A DNA stretch of 64,000 nt from the human T2T-CHM13v2.0 reference genome, Homo sapiens. Position numbers and translations under genes: made by a program. The notes under the pieces are model-generated. The model ran no database searches. It was given only the letters and a program-made list of their open reading frames with translations, and was not told the origin of the DNA. Below are positions 25,588 to 43,352 of the stretch, one piece after another (position 1 is the stretch's first letter; every line of letters starts with the position of its first letter). The stretch lies in NCBI RefSeq assembly GCF_009914755.1, contig NC_060933.1. One strand, 5' to 3'.

Positions 25588-26075
25588 TGACATTTCTTAC
25601 CCTACCTGTTTCACCAGATTTTTCTGCCCCTGACTCTGTTCTACTGTCACTCTTGGCCAATTTGGAACTCTTTTTTTTTTTTTTTGAGACAGAGTCTCAC
25701 TCTGTTGCCCAGGCTGGAGTGCAATGGTGTGATTTCGGCTTAGGTTCAGGTGATTCTCCTGCCTCAGCCTCCCGAGTAGCTGGAATTACAGGCACCTGCC
25801 ACCGCACCTGGCTAACTTTTGTAGTTTTGGTAGAGACAGCGTCTCACCATCTTGGCCAGGCTGGTCTTGAACTCCTGACGTCGATCCACCCGCCTCGGCC
25901 CCCCAAAGTGCTGGGATTACAGGTGTGAGCCATCGCGTCCGGCCAATTTGGAACTCTTTAATGGTATTTTTCACATAATAGCTGTCTAAATCTTAGACAA
26001 CTGAATGACTGTTAGACATCACTAAATTTAATGGGGCATAAAATTCTGCGGAAACCCAGGTGCTTCGGTCTATGG

Positions 26076-26078
<3 letters not shown>

Positions 26079-26118
<40 letters not shown>
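26079..26118. repeat. (TG)n microsatellite replacing an Alu tail
   Basis: About 20 TG units directly abutting an antisense Alu. Confidence 0.95.
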
Positions 26119-26119
<1 letters not shown>

Positions 26120-26656
26120 CAGGGTCTTACTCTATCACCCAGGCTGGAGTGCAGTGGCAGGATCATGGCTCACTGCAGCCTCAACTTCCTAGGTTCAAGC
26201 TATCCTCTCCCCTCAGCCACCTGAGTAGCTAGGACTACAGGCATGTGCCACCATGTCCGGCTAATATTTGTAATTTTTTTAGAACTAGGGTCTCGCTATG
26301 TTGCCCAGGCTGATCTTGAACTCCTGGCCTCAAGCAATCCTCCTGCCTCAACCTACTGAAGTGCTGGGGTTAGAGATGTGAGCCATTGTGTCAGGCTCTT
26401 ACACCTTTGTTAAATATTTAGCGGTGCTTTCCTGGCCACGTACCCTCTTTTTCCAACTGCCCATGTACCTAGTCTTCTCTGCCCTCTGGCTTCTCTTCTC
26501 TTAACCCCTTCTTTTTCACACTGTTGGTCACTGCCTTATTCTTGAGATATTTTACATCCTGGGCTTGCAAGACACCTGATTTCCTGCCTACTTCCAACTT
26601 CTCTGACTCATACTTTCTCAAACTCCTAAATAAAAGTATTTTCTAGAATTCTGTAG

Positions 26657-26962
<306 letters not shown>

Positions 26963-28895
26963 TGATCCGCCGGACTCGGCCTCCCAAAGTGCTGAGATTA
27001 CAGGCGCGAGCCACCGCACCCGGCCGGTTTCACAATCATTTAAAATGATTCCTAGATGTGAATTTCTATCCCAGTCTTCTCAGTCCAAACCCAAATATTC
27101 AGCTACTTATAGGACATCTTTATTTGGATGTGTTCTACAAGCACTTCAAATCCGCTTGTCCAAAATTGAGCTTTCTTCTTCCTTATAAACCTGGGCTTTC
27201 TCTTCCGTCCTAATTCTCAGTGAATCGTATTATCACCTACTAGGATCTTAGGAGGCATTCTTGACCTCTGCACCTCCTTTCTGTCTCACATTCAGTGTGC
27301 CACAAAACCCTATCAGTTTTACATTTTAAAAGAGTATTTCCTGGAAGAGAGAACATGATGTGATTGAAGACAATAAAATGGGCATGAGAATAGCATACAG
27401 GGGAGACCAGCCTGACAGGAGAAAGGTTTTACTGAGGAATATTGGAAAAGATAATTGAATTATTAAGTGGCAGAGTAACTTGGAAGATAACTTAAAGGCC
27501 ATATAGAGTATTTCAGAGCTTGTGTGGCCATAGAAACCACCAAACATTAGGCAAATGAATGAAATGATTATTTCAGGCCATATTTTTAAAGTCAGTTATA
27601 CAAAAAAAATGGATGGAGAGATGAGTAGAACAACTATTACTTTCATAACTAGAAACAACCATTTCTAAGCAGATTTTATTGATGACACGAGGAAAAAAAC
27701 TTACAAGTTCCAGCTAGAAGCTCAGAAAGTCTGACCTTGAATTTCAATTTAAGTGTGCTAATAAAAAATAAAAATAATAAATTCTCATTGAAGAAGGCAG
27801 ATAGAAAGTATGCATTGGTGATACAGCTAGGAGTAAACTGTGTTGGCAATAATTGCAGGAATAATATCATCTGATTGAAAAGTTTTTATAAGGCCAGGTA
27901 CAGGGGCTCAACGCCTGTAATCTCAGCACTTTGAAAGGCCAAGCCAGGAACATCACTTGAGCCCAGGAGTTCGAGATCAGCCTGGGCAGCGCAGCAAGAC
28001 CTTGTCTCTACAAAAAATTTAAAAGTTTGCCGGGTATGGTAGTCTGTGTCTGTAGTCCTGACTACTTGGGAGGCTGAGGCAGGAGGATCCCTTGAGCCCA
28101 GGAGTTGAAAGCTGCAGTGAGCTATGATTATGCCACTACAATCCAGCCTGGGTGACAGAGCAAGATCCTGTCTTTAAACACACACACACACACACGTTTG
28201 TATAAGCCATTCCTTAACTATAGATGATCTTTAAATTGAATATATATTTTAATCACCTAATTGAACTGTGATGATGATTTCCTAAAACATTTGGATTTCC
28301 ATATGCCTCAATGAAAAATTAGGTTTAATAAACTACACTATAGTATAGCACACTATATGTCGCATTTATATATTGATAAACATGATAATTTCCTTTTTAT
28401 TTGACTTAGATACTAATTAACTTGGAGTAAATGCACCCACCCCAATCATGTGATCAGTCAATAGTTAAATAACTGAGGGAAAAGAAGTACAAATCAGGCA
28501 GCTCTACATGCCATGTTTCAAAAGGGAAGGAAACAAAATAGTTAAACTTTGCATGTTTTGGAAATAAACTGTATTTATGAAACAGAGATCTCAAAAAGTA
28601 AAAGGAACCCCACTTTATCTGATGAAAGTGCCAGGAATCTGGAGAAAAGAGTTCAATTTCAACTTTCAGTTTGGAGATGCAGAAAGACCCTGAATTTTGG
28701 CACAGTAACTGAGAAGCAAGTAGCAGCCACAGAATGACTAAACTGAGTTAGCAGTAAAAAAGTCTTTAAAAATGATGGATTTGATAGATTTAAAACCAAA
28801 GCTTTCCTCTTCCTCTTTGTAATTTTCCTTTTTCCCCCCTTTTTTTCTGATTGCAATTTCAATAATAAAGCTCTATTGAATTCCGAATTACTTAC

Positions 28896-28946
28896 ATGAG
28901 GTCCTTGAAAGCATGACTCCCTCTGCAGATAACCATAGGTTTCCAT
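28896..28946 (-). CDS. GNE: GNE exon A1 coding part for hGNE2 (METYGYLQRESCFQGPH)
   Basis: ATG at 28946 in strong context (GGGATGG), then 17 codons and a consensus donor CAT|GTAAGT (28896/28895). Phase 0 joins exon 2 in frame. Confidence 0.97.
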
Positions 28947-29044
28947 CCCGAAGCACGAGCTCTGTACCCTAGTGTGGTTTGAAATAATGAGCAGAGCAGC
29001 TGTTTTCTTGGTTTAGCTGCCACGGAGCAGTCACCAATAGGCAT
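28896..29044 (-). CDS. GNE: GNE exon A1 alternative frame (hGNE3-type N-terminus MPIGDCSVAAKPRKQLLCSLFQTTLGYRARASGWKPMVICRGSHAFKDL)
   Basis: Open from ATG 29044 for 149 nt (49 codons + 2 nt) to the same donor. Phase 2 equals the phase at the end of exon 2, so skipping exon 2 keeps it in frame with exon 3. Matches my recollection of the hGNE3 isoform. Confidence 0.8.
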
Positions 29045-29354
29045 CTGAATTCCAGACTAAATCGTAAGCCCCACCTCTCTGAAAAGGAAGAAAAAAAATG
29101 TGGCTCTGAATTCTTCTCATATTCCTGGACAGTAGCTCGAAAGTAGGTGGTCAGTCAGCGTCTGAGTGTTACTTCCCTGTTTTGGATTTCCCATTCCATC
29201 CAATAATTTTACTTTCCACTAGAAAAAGTTTTCTTCTGAGTTTCTTAAAATCTACAAAAGTCTTTTTTGTAGTTCAAAAATCTACAAAAGTCTTTTTTCA
29301 CATTGTTTTCACACATACGTAATTCTAATTCTAAACTTTTTTTTTCTATTCTTT

Positions 29355-29389
<35 letters not shown>

Positions 29390-29471
29390 AGATGGAGTCT
29401 TGCTCGTGTCTTGCTTTTGGTGCTTAGGGACTCTCACAGCCAGATTGGTAGCAAGGGATACTGACCAATGA

Positions 29472-30183
<712 letters not shown>

Positions 30184-30554
30184 TAAATCTCTGCTCTTTG
30201 CTCTTTCTTCCCATCTGTTTCCTCACATCCAGTCTGCTCTTTTTTCTCTCTTAACTAAAAACTCTGTTAAAAAAAAAAAAAAAAGTTGTCTTCTCCGCTT
30301 CCTCCGTCTTTATAGAGAGGCAGGAGAGAACACTTCTAAGTGTGCCAGGGCAGGACCTTCTTTTTTCAGGCAGATAAAGGAGTGGATCCATGGATAGTAT
30401 TTTTTAGAGGTGGGGTCTTGCTGTATTGTCCAGGCTAGACCTGGACTCAAGTGATCCTCCTGCCTCAGCCTCCCAAGTAGCTGGAACTAAAAGTGTGCAC
30501 CACTTGGCCAGTTTTCATGGATGATTGTTATGCTTTTTCACTTCCTCTTGGTTA

Positions 30555-30704
<150 letters not shown>

Positions 30705-31147
30705 CTACAAAAAGAATTTTTTTTTAATTAGCTGGTCTTGGTGGCACATGCTTATAGTCCCAGCTGCTCAGGAGGCTGAACTGGGAGGACTGCTTTGAGT
30801 CCAGGAGTTTGAGGCTGCAATGAACTGTGATCTTGCCACTGCTCTGCAGCCTGGGCCACACGGCAAGACACTGTCTCAAGAAATAAATAAACAAAAATAT
30901 CCAGTATTTAATATACTGTCCATAGACTGCCTATAGGACCTCACTTGAGAGCTTACAAATCAGCAATGGGAGAGAAAAAGCTGTCCAATAGAAAAAATTG
31001 GCAGAATAGCACTAGGGAACTCAAAAAAATATATGATCAAAAGTCTGACCTTACTACCATTTTTTAAAATTGTTTTTTGTTTTTATTTATTTATTTTTGT
31101 TTATTTTTTTGAGACAGAGTATCACTCTGTCACCCAGGCTGGAGTAG

Positions 31148-31515
<368 letters not shown>

Positions 31516-32750
31516 TAACCGGGATTAAAGGAGCCCACCATCACGCCTGGTTAATTTTTGTATTTTTTGTAGAGATGAGGTTTTGCCATGTTGCTCAGGC
31601 TCCTGGGCTCAAGCAATCTGCCCTCCTTGGCCTCCCAAAGGGCTGAGATTACAGGCATGAGCCACTGTGCCCAGCCTGCTCAGTGAAATATTATCCTCTT
31701 TTTAATAAATAAGATGTTCTTCATTGTGCTTTATGGGAGCACATATAATTAAAATTTTGTATTGTAAATTCAATATTAGGGCTGATTTTTTTTTTTTTAA
31801 ACGGAGGTCTTACTCTGTCGCCCAGGCTGGAGGGCAGTGACGCGTTATCTTGGTTCATCGCAACCTCCACCTCCTGGGTTCAAGTGATTCTCCTGCCTCA
31901 GCCTCCTGAGTAGCTGGGACTACAGGCACATGCCACCGTGCCCAGCTAATTTTTGTATTTTTAGTAGAGATGGAGTTTCACCATGTTGGCCAGGCTGGTC
32001 TTAAACTCCTGACCTCAAGTGATGCGCCTGCCTCAACCTCCCAAAGTGCTGGGATTAGAGGCGTGAGCCACCATGCCCAGAGACATTTTTATTTTTATTT
32101 AATTAATTAGCTTATTTTAAAATACAAAGATGAAGTCTCACTGTGTTGCCCAGGTTGGTCTCAAACTCCTGGGCTCAAGTGATCCTCCTGCCCTGACCTC
32201 CCAAAGAGCTGGGATTACAGGCGTGAGCTGCCATGCCCAGCCTGAGCTGTTATTTTTATTCTGTCCATTTGATAATCTATTTGAAAGCTATACTCCTTGT
32301 GATCCAATCCCTACATTGAGTTGAAGTTAAATAAACACTGGTCTTGCTCTGAGTCTTAAAGAACCATGTTGATGTTTACTGTAGATGTTTACTTTAATTG
32401 GGCTGCACAGGAGTTTTATTCAGAGCATCATCCAGAAAGCTTCTAAACATCTTCACACAGTTCTCCTTGTCCCTGTAGTTTCCCAGGTGTTAAAAATCTC
32501 CTTTTCTGTCCCTTTGCACAGGGTTCTCACCCCATCCTGATGCTCTTCTGAATCACCTCCTCCTTCATGCTTCTCCTAAACAGAGACTCATTCTGCAGGG
32601 ATTCTGGTGAATACAATTCTCCATTGAGCTACACATCCTTAGAACAAATGTTTAATGAGCACCTACTGTAGGCTCTGCCATGAATAATCTTTCACATTTG
32701 GTTAGGCTTTTTTCTGTCTACAGAATTACTTTCATGTCCATTATTTAGAA

Positions 32751-32960
32751 TAGGGGTCATCAAATCTTTTCTATAGAGGGCCAGATATTTTTGCAGGCCA
32801 TGTCTCTGTCACAACTTCTCTGCTCTGCCCTTGTGGTACAAAAGCAGCCATACACGATGTATAAAGGAATGGAGATGGCTGTGTGCCTTTGAGACTTTTT
32901 TTTACAAAAACAGATAGTGGCCTGGAATTGGCCGCTGAGCTATAGTCTGTCCACTCCTGA
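32751..32960. mobile_element. MER58-like hAT-Charlie element
   Basis: Starts aggggtcatcaaatcttttctatagagggccagata and ends gctatagtctgtccactcctg. Confidence 0.6.
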
Positions 32961-33412
32961 CTTAGAACAACTCAGTGAAGTGGAAGTTACCTGTCCTATT
33001 TTATAGACCAGGAAAGGAATTGAGGCTCAGAGAAATTAAGTGGTTTGCCTAAAGTCACACAAACAAGTTACAAGTGGCTGACCCAGATCTCAAACATGGG
33101 TCAAAAAATGTGACTGCAAAGTCACTGCTATTTTAACCACACCATACCGTCTGTCACTCATTCAGATAGCTTGTGTCAAGAGTGACAAGCTTCTTAACCT
33201 ACGTGCCACATGTTTGAGGAAGAGTTAGGTAAATTTTGATGCATCCACAAATCGCTATGCAGTTAGTCAACATGATATTTACAATGTGAAATCATGGAGA
33301 AATATGAAATGATGTGAATCAAAAGGCTAAGCACAAGATCGCATATAGAGTTGTGCTTGTGTAAAGGAAAAAAATACATAAAGGACTTAAGGGAAGTATC
33401 TTAGAATATTAA

Positions 33413-33613
<201 letters not shown>

Positions 33614-35247
33614 TAGCTGGGACTACAGGTGCGCACCACCATGCCCTGTTAATTTTTGTATTTTTAGTAGAGTCAGGGTTTCACCATGTTAGCCAGGATG
33701 GTCTCGATCTCCTGACCTCGTGATCCACCCACCTTGGCCTCCCAAAGAGCTGGGATTACAGGCGTGAGCCACCACAAGCCCGGCCTTGCACACTTTTTTA
33801 CAGTGTACATTATTACTTTGTGAGCCAGTAAATAATAAAACTTCGAAAGTGAATGCATCTTGAGGATGCTTACAATTTATTTTTTTTTTCCAGGATAAGA
33901 TGGTTGGATTGGTCACTGGCTGGAACAGGAGAAATACATTTCACTTCAGATAAAGTAGAGAATACAGTTTTTAGCCAGGCAAAACCCTGATCTGTTTAAG
34001 ACTAAGTTTCACAGAATGACAGAGGAAGTTGTGAAAAGCCTTGGTCTCTGGGCAGGCCTCATTTTTAGCCATGTTGCATGGTCCACCCCTAAGTGAACTA
34101 CTTTAGAGTCCCCTCTTTCCTGAGAGAGCAAAAGAGGAGAGAAGTCTCCTTTGGAGAAGCAAAGACTCCTTCTCCAACTTGCAGCTTTTTTACCCCTGTG
34201 TTCTGCAATGATGGTAATATGAACAAACGTTAAATGTGTAGATACTGCAAGTATTATCCACAAGAACATCTAAAAATCATTTGCAATCCATCTTCTTCTA
34301 GAAGAGGTTAATGCCATTTATGAGGGTTGTAACGTGGAGAATTTTCTCATCACTGGGTTTCAGGCTGCAGATGTAGGGGTCAGATGGGCTAGTAATGAGC
34401 AGAATGCCTAGGCAATACGCTGATCTAATACCTGCCTCTTGGTCTTTCCTATTTGTTGAGCACACACGAGGGCAAGGACAAGGCCTGCCTGGTTGAACCG
34501 GAAAGGTACAACAGGCTACTTTTAGATCAGACTGTTTGGCACTTACGTAAACAGCAAAAGGAAGAGTGGCTCAAGGTGCCAGCTCCTATGGTCTTTGTCC
34601 CACTCACCAAAAGGACAACACCAAAACAAGAGGGGTCAGATAACTGCAAGGCAAGCCATGGGACGCCCTTTCGAGAAGCTCATTCTTAGCTGCAGCTAAG
34701 GGCTTTAGTATTCTGCAGCTCTATTCTGAGGGGGCCACAGCATAAAGCCCTAATCTCATCAGAACCTGGAAGGCATAAGAAATCATCTCAGCCTTCCAGG
34801 GAAGTAGGAACATGAATGGGAGATGGCATACATGCCACCATCCTCTCATGTTAAGGTATCTTTAAATAGAAATACACAGAAAACAAAGTTACGTATTGGT
34901 TGGTTGACAAAAATGACCAGAGGCTTTAGGAACCTAACCCTGTATTTCCCTTAAGAGTAATAATTCAGTATTCACTTATTCAGCATTCACAGCAACTTTA
35001 TAGAACATAACTACCATGAAGAAAGAGAACTGGCTATATTATTATGAATACAGGAATGTAGTTTGGCCTTCACACACAGCCCCAAAAGGGCTCCAAGACT
35101 CTCCCTCCCTCCTCCGAGGTCCCCAGACCACACTTTGATAACTATTTCTGGTAGACTATAAACTGTGGCCAACTAGGGGTCAGCCATAGCTATTTTGTTC
35201 CTCTTCACATTTCCAGAGTCTTGCATAGTGCCAGGCATATATTGTGA

Positions 35248-35929
<682 letters not shown>

Positions 35930-35960
35930 TAGGATTACAGGCATCCACCATTGCACCCAG

Positions 35961-39474
<3,514 letters not shown>

Positions 39475-39728
39475 GACTCACAGAGCATAACACGGGGATA
39501 AATACGCACAAATCTATACTGATTAAACATCTTGATTATTGAAGTAGATTTTACAGTATGACTTTTTTAAGATGCAAGATATGGAATCAGACCTATCCTC
39601 ACATTTTCTAGTACTGGGTTAACATTTGTGTAAACTTTTAGCTACTCTAGATTAGAAAATGTAACATCATTGTTCCTTATCTTTTCTTATACAAATAAGA
39701 CTAGGCCTTAGGTCTGTGGCTTTAATGA

Positions 39729-40130
<402 letters not shown>

Positions 40131-40764
40131 TGATGACCAACAAATGAAACTGTGCACCTTTGAAAGAGACTCTGCAGTTACATTTCAGCTCTAATATCCC
40201 ACACACAGGTATCCTTGCATCCTGTGAGGGGGAGGAGGTGCAGGCACTAAGCAGATTCCTGGAAATCAATGGCCAGAGGCGATGTTTTCAGAGAGGTGAG
40301 ACGATGGAAAATTACTGAGCAGACAGTGAACTTCTGAAGGGCAGAAACTTCTAGGGGCCCCCAGCACTTCAAGTGCCCAACTCCTAGCAGATGCACAATA
40401 AATGCTTGTGACTTGAGAGATAGTGGCAGCAGGTGGGCCCAGGGCTGAGGTGAGGGATGAAGGCCTCCTAGATCTGAGAGAGAGAATAAAGATGACATAT
40501 TTGGAGCCTGGGGTCTGCAGAGTGAAGCACACAGGACTGTGGTGCAGAGCAGGGAGGAGATGCCGGCTAGCGGTGGGGACACAGAGCTGAGCTACTGTGG
40601 CAGAGCAGAACCCGGGCAGGAGGTGGGAGGAGACCAGCAGGAAGGGGTCCCTGAGGAAGCGAGGACTGCCTCTGGCCTCCCTCCTAGTATGTGTGCAAGT
40701 GCGTGGTGTGGACCCACTGCCCTGCAGAGAAGTCAGGTAGACAAGCTTCTTGCCATTTCCCAGT

Positions 40765-42078
<1,314 letters not shown>

Positions 42079-42215
42079 TCTACCAATATTTAACCTAGAG
42101 AAATGCTTTTCTGACCTGAATGTGTGTATGGTCTTGTTCAAGTGCAGATTCTGATACAGTAAGCCTGGAATTCTCCATTTCTAACAAGCTCCCAGGGGAT
42201 GCTGGTGCTGCTGGT

Positions 42216-42320
42216 TAGAGTGACCAACTCATCCCAGGACTACCTCAGTTTTAGCACTGAAAGTCCCTTGTCCCAGAAAATCTCAGAGCTCCAGGCAAAT
42301 CGGGATGGTTGGTCACCCTA
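42216..42320. mobile_element. MER81-like hAT MITE nested in a MER5A-like element
   Basis: TIRs tagagtgaccaac / gttggtcacccta and a perfect 8-bp TSD ctgctggt (42208-42215 / 42321-42328). Flanks resemble MER5A (gcagattctgat...ttctaacaagctcccagg...gctggtccacaaaccatactttgag). Confidence 0.75.
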
Positions 42321-43051
42321 CTGCTGGTCCACAAACCATACTTTGAGTAACAAGGAGTTAGAGATCTCTATAGTAAGGGAAAGTCATAAAAATTTGGCCC
42401 TTCCTCAAATATGAGGATAAGTGTAAAAGTACATACCCAATGGATAAATCGATTGGTCCCAACATAAAATGTCATGGATGGTGGTACATTTACTCCCCAA
42501 GGGTCTCCCCTTTCCAGTGCTTTTATTTCTTTGAATTTTCTATCAGAACAGGATAAAAGCTTCAATCAGGGTGATTTCTTATCAAATTCCCCCACAGTAG
42601 CTCAGCAGAAGATCTAGCCACTGACTTCATAAAGACAGGGAAACTCCTAGGCAAACTCCCTCGTCCTTCCCCTCCCAAGCTGAACAATGCTGTATACACT
42701 GACCGCTCTCTTCTACTCGGCTGGAAGACAGTGAAAGGAGCAAGATTTGAAGTCAGCAGAGCTTAGTTTGAATTCTGTCTCTGCCATTTACAGTTGATTG
42801 ATCTTGGACAAGTTAACTTCTCTAAGGTTGATAGTACTTCCGGAGGAATAAATTTCAGAGGGCTGGGAGCAGGTGAAGGAGATACCTAGGCAAAGTGCAC
42901 ATCCACCATCTGACACTTAATGAGTTTCCTTCCTCTCTGCCAGCCAGGCAGAAGGTGATGTAGGCCCTTGTGGGTGACGCAGGCAGGAGGGGAGACAGTG
43001 CACCTCGGGCTCAATGCTGTACCAAGCACAGCTTGTAATATTATTTTACTT

Positions 43052-43245
43052 ATTTCTTCCTTCCTTCTTTCTTTCCTTCTTTCTCTCTTTCTTTCTTTTC
43101 TTTCTCTTTCTTCTTTCTCCCCCTTTCTCTCTTTCTTTCTCTTCCTTCTTTTTCTCTCTTTCTCTCTCCCTCTCTTTTTTCTCTTTCTCCTTTCTTCTTC
43201 TTTCTCTCTCTTTCTTCTTTTTATTTCCCCCCTTTCTTTATCTCC

Positions 43246-43276
<31 letters not shown>

Positions 43277-43352
43277 TTTTTTCTCTCTCTTTCTGTCTCC
43301 CTCTCTCTTTCTTTCTTTTCTTTTTTCTTTCTTTCTTCTTTCTTTTTCCTTT
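43052..43352. repeat. ~300-bp polypyrimidine (TC/TTTC) low-complexity tract
   Basis: Almost pure C/T; it is the expanded tail of the truncated antisense Alu at about 43353-43435. Confidence 0.95.

Noticed and set aside
28659-28895. Continuation of the METYG ORF to 95 aa, including a KKGGKRKITKRKRK NLS-like stretch
   Set aside because: It lies beyond a consensus GTAAGT donor and is intronic read-through; the basic stretch reflects an A/G-rich tract.
29337-29405. Long poly(T) plus about 17 nt of Alu 3' end upstream of exon A1
   Set aside because: Looks like a severely truncated Alu; no TSD found and no evidence of function.
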